A DNA stretch of 64,000 bases, from NCBI GenBank assembly GCA_040755995.1, contig JBFMAF010000040.1, positions 93,556 through 157,555 of the forward strand, read 5' to 3'. How positions within the stretch are numbered: the first letter of the stretch is position 1; each line of letters opens with the position of its first letter. The notes beneath the pieces are model-generated. The model was not told the DNA's origin, made no database searches, and saw only the letters and a list, made by a program, of their open reading frames with translations. The stretch comes from Acidobacteriota bacterium (GTDB lineage Bacteria; Acidobacteriota; CAIWXX01). This document shows positions 1 through 9,600 of the stretch, piece by piece. The position numbers were made by a program, and so were the translations under genes.

Positions 1-174
1 CCCCCCGAACCTGTCGCAACATGGAGGCATGACAGTGACACCTTTCGGCTTGTGCGTGGTAGCCGGCCGGAGCGGCGGATGGCTTCCCGGGCTCCCTTTT
101 CGGGGCGGGGCACGATTGGAACCAGTGGGTTTCGGAGATCACAATCCCCGCACCGGTCATTTCCCCGGTGAAGA

Positions 175-678
175 ATGTTGCGGACCTGCGCACTGCAGCC
201 ACGTTGCAGAGTTTCGCGAACATACGCGCTTGCATCCCCTGGACGGGGCATGGCGCCTGTATTCGACCGTGCAGATGAAGAAGCCGCGGCCATGGGCTGG
301 AGCCTGATGGGCAATCTCGTGTCCGGTGTTTCACCAAAGACCCTCATGCGGGTATACTCTCGCCCTGCCGGCCCCGCGGCCCTCGTCATGTACTTCACCC
401 CCTTTGGACCCGCCGGAAGGGATCTCTTCACGGCTTTCGAGGATGGATTTTCACTGACGTCGACCACGACGCTCGGCTTCCAGGAAGACGACCCGGGGAA
501 GAAGATCCTGCGGCGGCGTGTTCGCGATGCGGCACTCGATCGCCTTCATGCGATTCATGAAGAAGGTGTCCAAATGCATGAAGTAGTCAACTCCACCCGC
601 GCCTCCCCAACGCCCAGATCGCTCGATGCTCGCGCGCGGGTCATCGATGCCTTTCTAGACAGATCCGGGCCGGTCTGA
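175..678 (+). CDS. Hypothetical protein (start uncertain)
   Basis: 167-aa ORF; the C-terminal two-thirds look protein-like; no recognisable motif or clear RBS. Confidence 0.4.
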   Translation: MLRTCALQPRCRVSRTYALASPGRGMAPVFDRADEEAAAMGWSLMGNLVSGVSPKTLMRVYSRPAGPAALVMYFTPFGPAGRDLFTAFEDGFSLTSTTTLGFQEDDPGKKILRRRVRDAALDRLHAIHEEGVQMHEVVNSTRASPTPRSLDARARVIDAFLDRSGPV

Positions 679-758
679 GGTGACCGACTTCACTCCGGTC
701 CGGCACTGCTTGCCGCGACGGTGACACTCATTCACGTCGATCCCATGGCCTCCGGCAC

Positions 759-808
759 CCTCTATCCATCTTTCGATAGAGGCGGGAGAGCTCGTCTGCG
801 CCGATACT
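759..808 (+). promoter_or_regulatory. Conserved promoter module copy A: imperfect CCTCTATC/GATAGAGG palindrome plus GCCGATACT box
   Basis: GATAGAGG at 775-782 and GCCGATACT at 800-808; same 25-nt offset as copies B and C. Confidence 0.7.
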
Positions 809-981
809 GATTGGTAGGAGCACAGAACGATGACAGGACGGCGAATAGGAGATCAGCCGCGTGGAAGCAGGTCCAGATGCCGCGCTGATCGAGAGGGGGT
901 GATGCAGGGAAGACAAGTGTGCCGGATTGTGATCTCACGGTAGAGAAGCAACATCGGACAACTGAAGAAAGGAGTCACAGA

Positions 982-1539
982 ATGAAACCGAGGACGATGC
1001 TCACTGTCCTGATTGGAGTCTCGATGGCGCTCGCGATACCCGCCACCGCCCTCGCACAGCTCGGCCCGTACTGGACCCACATCGGCGCTGCGTGTGTGGT
1101 CGACGAGTTGGATGTCAATGACTATGAAGTGGCATACGAGGAGATCTACTTCAAAGCGGGGGTGACGGGTTCGATTCAGGCCCGCTGTAATGTCACGAAC
1201 CCTGATGATCAGGGAGACAACCCTGTATGGGACCGGCTTGGTGTCACGTTCAAGGATCCGGACGCAACCGGAACGGGCGCGCGCATACAGGCTGTCCTGA
1301 AGAAGGTGACACGATCAACAGGAACCTCATCTACTGTTGCGACCTTTGACAGCAACAGGTTTGCGGGAACCGGATGGCAGTTCCAGGCGACGGGTGTTTC
1401 GCACACCTGGGACTTCTGGAATTACTACTACTACGTCGACATCGTTCTGTCCCGAACCAGCAGCTCGCTGGACGTGCGACTCAGCGGTGTGATGTTGTAC
1501 AAGCTCTTCGGAGCCTCGACACCAGACGAGCAACAATAG
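982..1539 (+). CDS. Secreted hypothetical protein, beta-strand rich
   Basis: AAGGAG RBS before ATG 982; Sec signal MKPRTMLTVLIGVSMALAIPATALA. Confidence 0.8.
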   Translation: MKPRTMLTVLIGVSMALAIPATALAQLGPYWTHIGAACVVDELDVNDYEVAYEEIYFKAGVTGSIQARCNVTNPDDQGDNPVWDRLGVTFKDPDATGTGARIQAVLKKVTRSTGTSSTVATFDSNRFAGTGWQFQATGVSHTWDFWNYYYYVDIVLSRTSSSLDVRLSGVMLYKLFGASTPDEQQ

Positions 1540-1563
1540 CACCAACGGTATCAACTCGGCGAT

Positions 1564-1615
1564 GCCGGCACCCTCGGCTGCAACCGCGCCGAGGGCGTCC
1601 GGCTTCGTCGCTTTC
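1564..1615 (+). terminator. Probable intrinsic terminator
   Basis: GCCGGCACCCTCGGC...GCCGAGGGCGTCCGGC hairpin with a weak T-rich tail after the stop codon. Confidence 0.45.
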
Positions 1616-1759
1616 AGAAGCCATAGCAACTCGCCGTGTTCCGTAACAACCCCTGGTGAAGGCGTGCCGAGCTCGCCGGTCGATCCGCTCACGGCGGATG
1701 AGCACGCAGCATCCTCCCGGCTGTGATCCACCTCACACTTCGCATCCCTGCTGCTCCAT

Positions 1760-1804
1760 CTCTATCGTTCGATAGAGGCAGCAGCACGCAGGATGGCCGA
1801 TACT
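1760..1804 (+). promoter_or_regulatory. Conserved promoter module copy B
   Basis: CTCTATC-GTTC-GATAGAG at 1760-1777; GCCGATACT at 1796-1804. Confidence 0.75.
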
Positions 1805-1866
1805 CCAGGCAGGAGTTCAGAAAGATGAACGCGCATCGCATGAGATCAACCAGAGGAGGAATCGTC

Positions 1867-4851
1867 ATGTTTCATAGAGACGCGAAACTCAATATCGAAG
1901 CTCGGTCGTGCGCCAGTCTGGCTTTGTTCACCCTACTTGTCCTGATGTCACCGGTGGGGACCCTGGCCAGCCAAGATGCGATGGAGTCAACGGAGGCTGC
2001 CAGAGTGGCGGCTCGGCAGGCGGTCCTGGATGTGCCCTTCATCGCCAATCTGGGGCAGGCCGATGAAGCCGTGGCTTATTACGCCCAGACGCACGCGGGG
2101 ACGGTTTTCGTCACGCGCCGCGGCGAGCTCGTCTATGCTCTGCGCCCGGCTGGCGAGCGCACGGATGCTCAGGCAGGGCGAGACGGAGATCCGGCGCAGA
2201 CGGGTTGGACCCTCGTCGAGATGATGGTCGGCGGCGATCCGCGCCCGACGGCGGGCGAAGCCTCCGAGACGCGAGTCAGTGTCTTCATCGGCGACGATCC
2301 GGCGAAATGGAAGAGCGACATACCGGCGTTCCAGACCGTGCGCTTCGGCGAGGTCTGGCCCGGCGTTGAAGCCGAGGTGCGTGCGCATGGGAAGAGCGTG
2401 GAGAAGCTTTTCAAGGTCAATCCCGGCGCCGCTGCCGAGTCGATCCGGGTCCGCATCAACGGTCACACAAGGCTCAGCATGGCCGAGGACGGGTCGATGA
2501 TCGTGGGCACCGGATTGGGCGAAGCGCGCTTGAGCGCGCCTGTGGCGTGGCAAGAGTCCGAAGGCCGGCGCAGGGTGATCAAAGTCGCATACAGACTGGA
2601 GGAGGATGGCAGCTATGGGTTCGCCGTCGGAGACCATGACGCCACGCTGCCCGTTTTCATCGATCCGATCCTGCAGTCGACCTACCTGGGCGGCAACGGC
2701 ACTGACCAGATCAGGGCGATAGCGACGAGTTCCGCTGGTGACATCCTGGTCGCAGGTATGACGAACTCGACAGACTTCCCAGGTGTCTCGTTGGGCGGCG
2801 CGCAGCCGGTGAAAAGCGGGAGCTATGACGCCTTCGTGGCGCTTCTCAACCCGGGGCTGACTTCAGTCATCCGATCGACGTATCTTGGTGGCTCGGGATC
2901 CGATGAAGGACACGCCTTGGTTGTTTCAGGCTATGGCGTCTACCTGGCGGGCGAAACTAGCTCGTCCAATTTCCCGGGTGCAGCCGTGGGCGGGGACGGC
3001 GTCTTCGGGGGCAGCGACGAGGGGTTCATCGCCCAGTTTGACGATTCGCTCACGACGCTCCGGCGTTCCACCTACATCGGCGGATCCGGGTCAGACGTCG
3101 TCTACGGCATAGCTGCCTACCCCACGGACAGCTCCACGGGCAACATCGTGGTCGTCGGGAAAACTACGTCGAGGGATCTGCCGGAGAGCTCCCTCGGCGC
3201 TCGAAGCGGATACCAGGGTGGCATGTCCGATGGATTCGTCGCCAAGTTCACCCCCGAGCTGGGGATGCTCCTGGTCTCGACCTATTTCGGAGGCGACCAC
3301 GATGACGAATGCCGGGGAGTCACGCTCAATCTCCTGAATGGATCGCCATACCAATACCAGGTCTATGTCGTGGGCAGCACAAGCTCCTTCAACATGCCCG
3401 CGCGTGGAGGCTTCCGACCGAGGAAGGTCAATGCCTGGGAGGGCTATGCAGCCAGGCTTTCCAACTCCCTCGGCGTCTGGGAACAGGGGACCTACCTGGG
3501 CGGGGACACGGGCAGAGCCATCCTGATCCGCTTCGCCTCGGGCGGCAGCGTGTATGTGGCTGGCGGCGGTGGCGGGGTGCCTGGAACAGCGGGTGGGCCC
3601 ATGCCGGTTGGTGGGTCAGGTTTCGTTGAGCTCCTCGACCTGTCACTGACATCACTCATCCGGGCCACGTACATCGGCGGGAGTGGAGGAGCCACCGCAT
3701 GCTCGCTTGCTTACCAGCAGGGCACGGACTCGATCTATGTGGGCGGCACCATTCTCTCCGACGACCTGCCCGGCGCTGAGACTGGAGCCCAACCGCACCA
3801 TGCATCTGCCAATGAGGGCCAATTCCCGGACGGGTTCATCACCCGGTTCAACACCAGTTTGACCTCATACCCATGGGCGACTTACATCGGGGGCCGCTTC
3901 GCAGAGTCCGACTGCGTCGTTCTGCAAGCCAACGATTCCGTGTATCTGGCGGGCACCACGATGTCGGACGACATCCCAAGCACCGCCGGGGGCGCTCAGC
4001 CGACGCATTCCCCCCATGAATCTCAGGGGTTCATCTCGCGTGTCTCGTTGGCTCTGACCGGATGCCCGGCACCGGTGTTCACCGTGCAGCCTCTGTCTCA
4101 GACCGTTGCGCTGGGCACTCCTGCGATATTGACCGCCGCGGTAAGCAGCGACACGCCTGTCTCATACCAGTGGTACGCGGGCGGCCCAGGGTACTGCAAT
4201 TCGCCGGTCGGGGGCAATTCGCCCACCTTTTCCACGCCACCATCGTATGCGATCGCAACGTACTTTGTGCGGGTGAGAAACGCATGTGGATTCACCGACA
4301 GCCTGCCCGCTGTCATCACCGTCGCCGGGGGGCCCGGCGTGTCTCCCTGGATCGTGACTCAGCCGGCGAGCCGGAAGGTCGCGAGCGGAGGATCGGCCAC
4401 TCTCTCGGTCGCAGCTGGAGGCACGGCCCCGCTCAGATATCAGTGGTACCGCAGGTCGGGCAGCCTTTTCGTTCCGGTGGGCACGAATTCCAGCACCTAC
4501 ACTACCGCGGCGCTGACATCTACCGGCGAGTACTGGGTGCGTGTGAGCAACGACAGTGGAACAGCAGCGAGCGCGGTGGCGACAATCACGATCCCGTCAC
4601 CACCGACTATCGATGCAATCACACCGTCGACCGCGAGGCCTGGGGTCGCCGTTAGAATCACCAGCAGAGGCCATACGATTGACAGGGGCTTGCTGAACGT
4701 CTACTTCGGCGACGTGAGAGCACCAATCCAGGGGATCTCTAGAACCCAGATCACGGTGAATGTTCCCAGGGTGCCACCTGGCAGATATCAGGTATATCTG
4801 ATCAGCGAGGGGCTGGAGTCCAACAAGAAGAGGATTCGCGTTGGTCGATGA
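1867..4851 (+). CDS. Secreted SBBP beta-propeller repeat protein with two Ig-like domains and a C-terminal IPT/TIG domain
   Basis: GGAGGA RBS; signal peptide; FIANLGQ...IDP N-domain; repeated STYLGGSGSD/GxTxSxDFP; QP..SYQWY Ig motifs; PTIDAITP IPT. Confidence 0.85.
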   Translation: MFHRDAKLNIEARSCASLALFTLLVLMSPVGTLASQDAMESTEAARVAARQAVLDVPFIANLGQADEAVAYYAQTHAGTVFVTRRGELVYALRPAGERTDAQAGRDGDPAQTGWTLVEMMVGGDPRPTAGEASETRVSVFIGDDPAKWKSDIPAFQTVRFGEVWPGVEAEVRAHGKSVEKLFKVNPGAAAESIRVRINGHTRLSMAEDGSMIVGTGLGEARLSAPVAWQESEGRRRVIKVAYRLEEDGSYGFAVGDHDATLPVFIDPILQSTYLGGNGTDQIRAIATSSAGDILVAGMTNSTDFPGVSLGGAQPVKSGSYDAFVALLNPGLTSVIRSTYLGGSGSDEGHALVVSGYGVYLAGETSSSNFPGAAVGGDGVFGGSDEGFIAQFDDSLTTLRRSTYIGGSGSDVVYGIAAYPTDSSTGNIVVVGKTTSRDLPESSLGARSGYQGGMSDGFVAKFTPELGMLLVSTYFGGDHDDECRGVTLNLLNGSPYQYQVYVVGSTSSFNMPARGGFRPRKVNAWEGYAARLSNSLGVWEQGTYLGGDTGRAILIRFASGGSVYVAGGGGGVPGTAGGPMPVGGSGFVELLDLSLTSLIRATYIGGSGGATACSLAYQQGTDSIYVGGTILSDDLPGAETGAQPHHASANEGQFPDGFITRFNTSLTSYPWATYIGGRFAESDCVVLQANDSVYLAGTTMSDDIPSTAGGAQPTHSPHESQGFISRVSLALTGCPAPVFTVQPLSQTVALGTPAILTAAVSSDTPVSYQWYAGGPGYCNSPVGGNSPTFSTPPSYAIATYFVRVRNACGFTDSLPAVITVAGGPGVSPWIVTQPASRKVASGGSATLSVAAGGTAPLRYQWYRRSGSLFVPVGTNSSTYTTAALTSTGEYWVRVSNDSGTAASAVATITIPSPPTIDAITPSTARPGVAVRITSRGHTIDRGLLNVYFGDVRAPIQGISRTQITVNVPRVPPGRYQVYLISEGLESNKKRIRVGR

Positions 4852-4995
4852 CGGGGGGCGTCGAGCGCAGGGCTGGCACGTGCCGACCGCGTCGGAAGGT
4901 CGGCGCGTCACCCGGCCCTGTCCGGCGGCGGCGTTCGCGAAGCTCTACTGACGGAGGAGGATCAATCATATGGGAGCGCGCAGGAGCGGCAGACC

Positions 4996-5493
4996 ATGTG
5001 GCGGCTGACTAGATGGGTCCTGTTAGGCCCGCTGCCTTTCGTCGTGCTTGGCGCGATCTTCATCCTGCTGGGATGGCGGGCGCACCCGGCCGATCTGACT
5101 GACGACGGCTATTCGCTGAAATGGTTCTGGTATGTCATGGGATCGTGGTTCATCGGTCTGACGCTGGTTGTGTTCGGGGGGATCTACATCTGGGCGGCAC
5201 GCTCGGGGAACAGGCTGAGAAGGATACGTGAGAGAGGCAGGCGCGGCCTGGCTACCGTGCTCGAGGCCGAGGCCACGGGCGGCATGTTCAACAACCTGCC
5301 GCAGGTGGAGATGCAGCTGCAGGTCTACATCGATGGCATGCAGAGCTATACCCTGACGCACCGGGAATACATGGACCTGTTGAACCTTGCCGCTTTGCGG
5401 AAAGGAGCTCAGGTCGCAGTGCTCGTGGATCCAAGCGATCCGCGAGAGGTTCAGATTGACTGGGCAAACTCGACCGACTCGCCTCAGGTCTAG
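4996..5493 (+). CDS. Membrane protein, two TM helices plus small C-terminal beta domain (DUF3592-like)
   Basis: Two hydrophobic helices; ATVLEAEATG..NNLPQV; G.QVAVLVDPSDP. Confidence 0.75.
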   Translation: MWRLTRWVLLGPLPFVVLGAIFILLGWRAHPADLTDDGYSLKWFWYVMGSWFIGLTLVVFGGIYIWAARSGNRLRRIRERGRRGLATVLEAEATGGMFNNLPQVEMQLQVYIDGMQSYTLTHREYMDLLNLAALRKGAQVAVLVDPSDPREVQIDWANSTDSPQV

Positions 5494-5598
5494 GATAGTC
5501 CAGTCTTCCCTGTTCAGTCACCCCTCAAGCACCGTCGCGCCGGCCTGGACCCACCGGCGCCGCCTCTCGATCGGCGCAGGTGTGGTCGCCTTGACCCG

Positions 5599-6297
5599 TC
5601 AGTCCAGGCTGATGACGCCTCGCTGGAGCGCCACGGTCACCGCCTGCGTTCGATCTCGCACGCTCATCTTGCCGAGGATGTTGACGACGTGTGTCTTGAC
5701 CGTACCCTCGGTGATCGAGAGCAGTTGCCCGATCTCTTTGTTAGTGAATCCCCTGGCGATGAGCTGGAGCACCTCCAGCTCGCGCGCCGTCAGCTCCGCT
5801 GCTGTCCTGCCGCGATCCGGCTGGAGGGGTTCCGGCAGCTCGCGGAGTCCCATGTGCACTGCCCGGATAGAGCCGACGACCTTCTCTCTGCCGGCGTCCT
5901 TGAACAGATAGCCTGCCGCGCCGAGCGCGACTGCTCTCCGAATCTCCTCGTCTCCATCGCGAACCGAAAGGACCACTATTCGCGCGTGCGGAAACTCGCG
6001 CCGAATGAGGTCGATCGCCGTCCAGCCGTCCATGCCGGGCATGCTGAGATCCATCAAGACGACGTCGGGCAGATGGGCCCGATACATCCGGATCGCCTGT
6101 TCGCCCGTGGAAGCCTGCGCCACCACCTGCATGTCGCCCACCTCCTGGATCGTGGCAACGATACCTGCCCTCACCATCGGGTGGTCGTCTACGACGAGGA
6201 GACGGATGCGGCCGGTACCCGATTCGGCGCCGGGGTCCGCAGCAGGTCTCTCGCCCTCCGTCCATCCAGCTTGTTGGTCCTCGTGGTCACGGCACAT
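5599..6297 (-). CDS. NarL/FixJ-family response regulator (REC plus LuxR HTH)
   Basis: IRLLVVDDHPMVR, DVVLMDLSMPGMDG, LTARELEVL...GTVKTHV; AAGGAGGAG RBS before ATG 6297. Confidence 0.93.
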   Translation of the reverse strand: MCRDHEDQQAGWTEGERPAADPGAESGTGRIRLLVVDDHPMVRAGIVATIQEVGDMQVVAQASTGEQAIRMYRAHLPDVVLMDLSMPGMDGWTAIDLIRREFPHARIVVLSVRDGDEEIRRAVALGAAGYLFKDAGREKVVGSIRAVHMGLRELPEPLQPDRGRTAAELTARELEVLQLIARGFTNKEIGQLLSITEGTVKTHVVNILGKMSVRDRTQAVTVALQRGVISLD

Positions 6298-6376
6298 CGT
6301 ACTCTCCTCCTTCAGGGCATGCTCGCGTTGGCGGCCCGCGAGGGCGGCTCCGTGGTCGTTCTCCATCCCTGGCTTC

Positions 6377-6422
6377 AATATCGACCGCCGAGCTGAGTTT
6401 CACCTCTATCCTACGATAGAGG
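6377..6422 (-). promoter_or_regulatory. Conserved promoter module copy C, upstream of the response regulator
   Basis: Perfect CCTCTATC-CTAC-GATAGAGG at 6403-6422; on the minus strand GTCGATATT starts 25 nt after GATAGAGG. Confidence 0.75.
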
Positions 6423-6498
6423 CGGGGGTGCTCAGCAGGCTGATGAGGACGAGTTCACGCGCCATCCTCCGCGGCGTCTCAACTGCGAAAGGAGGAGG

Positions 6499-6693
6499 AT
6501 GCGTGCCCGGTTTGCGCCGCGGCGCAAGCTGCTCGTCGGCGAGCAGGGCATGACGCCACTCATACACCAGTCCGTGCCCTCGCCGCGGGGCAGGGCGTTA
6601 GCGGTGCCCGAGGGGACAGGCCGGCCGCAGATGTCGAATCGGGTCCACAGGCGTTCAGGCGGTGGGCAACAACCCGGGCACCGCGCCGACTAG
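6499..6693 (+). CDS. Possible small protein or gene remnant
   Basis: Strong AAAGGAGGAGG before ATG; 64 aa with no motif. Confidence 0.25.
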   Translation: MRARFAPRRKLLVGEQGMTPLIHQSVPSPRGRALAVPEGTGRPQMSNRVHRRSGGGQQPGHRAD

Positions 6694-7865
6694 CGGCCCC
6701 GGCGCAGCTTCTCCAGGGCTGCCTCGATGAAGCCGCTGCCGGCCTCGAGAATGACGACTTCGTTGATCTCGATGATGATCGCGTCGCGCGAGAAGACATG
6801 CTTCTCCCAGTCGAGCTTCTGGCGATCTATCTTCCAGAGCACGTTGCCGGGGTAGCTGTGGGCGCTGCTGAAGTAGTAGAACAGGTCGCGATCGCGGTAC
6901 CAGCGGTACAGATCGAAGTAGTGCACGATCAGATAGGCGAAGCTCGTTCCTTCGATCAGGATGCTCGGTCTGTAACGGCCGGAGTGCGGCCCGCGGTCGC
7001 GGGGACGGGGTTTCGGAGGATAGGGCAATCTCTCGTAGAACACCTCGGGGAACCAGACGTTGGCCAGGCCGGCCAGATCCTCGTCAGGCGGCTCGGGGAT
7101 AGACTTGTAGACGGAGGGCGTGAGGCGAAGAACACCCAGCTTCTGGCCGAGCATCTTCTGCAGCCGAACGCTGATCTCACGACCGACGATAGCGCCCGCG
7201 TATGAGCTCCAGTGCGTGCCGCACCGCGGGAACACCGGGTACTCCCCCTTCTTCTTCTCCTTTCGAAAGTACCTGGGAGCGTCGAAGAAACTGATACCAC
7301 GTTTCTCCAGGAGCGGGACGGCATGATTGTAGACGCTCAGCGTGCGGTCCACACCCGGGCGAACGTACCGCTCGGGCAGATACTCCGGATACATCTGTGC
7401 CTTGCTGGGGCTGATGACGAGCATGAACTGGATGCCTCGATCGTGTAGCCGCCTCTGGAACTCGGACAGCTTGTCGACGAAGGCTTCGATTGCCTCGGCG
7501 CTCGGGTAGTTGGTCGAGTTGTAGGAGGCGATGTAGTTCCACTCGTAGAGGTAGTTGTTCTTGCCGAGAATGATGCGTGTGCCTGCGCTCTGCGGGAGCT
7601 CCCGGAACAGACTGCAATTGATCTGGTTGTCGGTCCTGACGAAGAGCCCGCGGAATCCCAGGTTCGCCACAAACCACTTCTCGAGCTCCGTCTGCCACGC
7701 CCCATTCCAGATCTTGCTCAGCGACGAGTGAGGCCTCTCGACAGCCTGCTCGACGCCGGTGAGAGTCACCGTTGGCAACAGAGGCCACAGCATCTGAAGT
7801 CCGGGCATGAGCAGCGCCGCGGCGAACACGACGAGCGCCAGCGCTTGAAGACCTCGGATGAGCAT
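6690..7865 (-). CDS. AlgJ/AlgX-like SGNH O-acetyltransferase
   Basis: N-terminal TM; IILGKNNYLY, GIQFMLVISPSKAQMYPEYLP, GTHWS, GTSF. Confidence 0.85.
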   Translation of the reverse strand: MLIRGLQALALVVFAAALLMPGLQMLWPLLPTVTLTGVEQAVERPHSSLSKIWNGAWQTELEKWFVANLGFRGLFVRTDNQINCSLFRELPQSAGTRIILGKNNYLYEWNYIASYNSTNYPSAEAIEAFVDKLSEFQRRLHDRGIQFMLVISPSKAQMYPEYLPERYVRPGVDRTLSVYNHAVPLLEKRGISFFDAPRYFRKEKKKGEYPVFPRCGTHWSSYAGAIVGREISVRLQKMLGQKLGVLRLTPSVYKSIPEPPDEDLAGLANVWFPEVFYERLPYPPKPRPRDRGPHSGRYRPSILIEGTSFAYLIVHYFDLYRWYRDRDLFYYFSSAHSYPGNVLWKIDRQKLDWEKHVFSRDAIIIEINEVVILEAGSGFIEAALEKLRRGR

Positions 7866-7866
7866 C

Positions 7867-9339
7867 TCAGAATTTCCAGTAGATGAACGGGTGGAACGCC
7901 GTGTTGGTGAGCGTGCAGACGCAGACGAAGAAGAGGACGACGGAGGCCACGAACCTCAGGCCAATCATGGCAGGCCCTGAGGCCCATCGATCGAACGCCG
8001 GGCTGAGCCGGGTCCACGGCAGAATCGCCGGCACGAAGCACAGGAGCAATGCCAGCACGACGATCGAGAGAGCCCGCACGCTGGCAACGTCGACCCACAT
8101 CGTTGAGCTGTGCAGCGCACTGATGTTGAACATGTGGCCCACAAACGAAAGAGCCAGCGCGATCGAGTCGGAGCGGAACAGGACCCAGCCGAACAAGACG
8201 ATCAGGAAGGTCAGCGGAATCTTTGCAAGCTTGGGCAGCCGGCGTGAGCGCTTCAGCCAGAACAGCTTGTCGATCACGAGGAAGACGCCGTGGTACACCC
8301 CCCAGACGACGAACGTCCAGTTGGCGCCATGCCACAGGCCTGCAAGGAACATGGTGGCGAGCGTGGCCGTCGCGTAGGCAAGGGAGTCCGTCCTCACGAA
8401 CCAGATGCGATCCCGCTCCACCCGCCTCATGAGGGCAAAGGAGATCGGAAGGAAAAGATAATCCCGCAGCCAGTTCGACAGCGTAATGTGCCAGCGCCGC
8501 CAGAACTCGGTGATGCTCTGCGCCAGATACGGCCGGTCGAAGTTCTCCGGAAGCTGAAATCCAAGCAGCTTCCCGACGCCGATGGCCATGTCCGTGTAGC
8601 CCGAAAAGTCGAAGTAGATCTGAAAGGCGTAACAAAGGGCACCAAGCCACGCATAAGGCATCGAAACCGACCCGGCACCCATCTGGAAGACGCGGTCGGC
8701 CACCTCTCCCATCGTGTCGGCGATGAGCGCCTTCTTGGCGAGTCCGACGGTGAACCGGAAAATGCCGCTGGTGATGGCATCCAATGAGTGAACCCGCCCT
8801 GCCAGCTGAGAGGCAATGAGGCCGAACCGCACGATCGGCCCCTGCGTAAGCTTCGGGAAGAGCAGGATGTAGAGCAGGTACGAGGCCAGACTCGGCGCCG
8901 GAGCGACGCGCTTCCAGTAGACGTCGATCACGTAGCAGAGACGCTGGAACGTGATGAATGAGATGCCCAGCGGCATTGCGACGCGGGTCCAGCGTACGGG
9001 TGAGACAGTGAAAAGCGCCAGCACCGAGTTCGCCTGCGCGACGAAGAAGCCGGCGTACTTGAAGTAGAGCAGCAGGCCGACATTGACTGCAATGCTCGCC
9101 AGAAGCAGCCCGCGCCTCAGGTGGGGGCGATCAGCGTGGGCGAAAATCGCGTTGCAGAGGACGTAGTCGAGAATACTCGTGGCCAGCAACAGGCCGGCGA
9201 ACCTCGGCGCCCCCCACGCATAGAAGATCAGACTCGCGACGAGTGCCGCGTGGTTTTTGAAACGCGAAGGCGTGATCGCGTAGATCAGCAGAAATCCGGG
9301 AAGGAAGGCGAATAGAAATACGAGTGAGCTCAGCGCCAT
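7867..9339 (-). CDS. MBOAT-family O-acyltransferase (AlgI/DltB type)
   Basis: PLGISFITFQ, QIYFDFSGYTDMAIG, ENFDRPY, FWRRWHITLS, GLWHGANWTF. Confidence 0.95.
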   Translation of the reverse strand: MALSSLVFLFAFLPGFLLIYAITPSRFKNHAALVASLIFYAWGAPRFAGLLLATSILDYVLCNAIFAHADRPHLRRGLLLASIAVNVGLLLYFKYAGFFVAQANSVLALFTVSPVRWTRVAMPLGISFITFQRLCYVIDVYWKRVAPAPSLASYLLYILLFPKLTQGPIVRFGLIASQLAGRVHSLDAITSGIFRFTVGLAKKALIADTMGEVADRVFQMGAGSVSMPYAWLGALCYAFQIYFDFSGYTDMAIGVGKLLGFQLPENFDRPYLAQSITEFWRRWHITLSNWLRDYLFLPISFALMRRVERDRIWFVRTDSLAYATATLATMFLAGLWHGANWTFVVWGVYHGVFLVIDKLFWLKRSRRLPKLAKIPLTFLIVLFGWVLFRSDSIALALSFVGHMFNISALHSSTMWVDVASVRALSIVVLALLLCFVPAILPWTRLSPAFDRWASGPAMIGLRFVASVVLFFVCVCTLTNTAFHPFIYWKF

Positions 9340-9600
9340 CGAGCATCAGGCGGATCGGCCCGCAACATGCGGCACGCTCCGGGTCACTCCATACATCTCG
9401 TCCTCCTGGACGGTCCGTCATGCTATCACATCAGCCCCGAATCCCGTCAGGCCTCGTCTGCCGCTCGGGAGGGCGATGCTCCTGCGGAGCCGCGCTCGAC
9501 CGGCTCCGCCTTCGGAGATGCCGTTTTGAGCAGCGGGCCAGGAGATTCTATAATCCCGTCGGCTGTGAGATTCTCGAAGATGTCATGGAGGCCATTCAGG

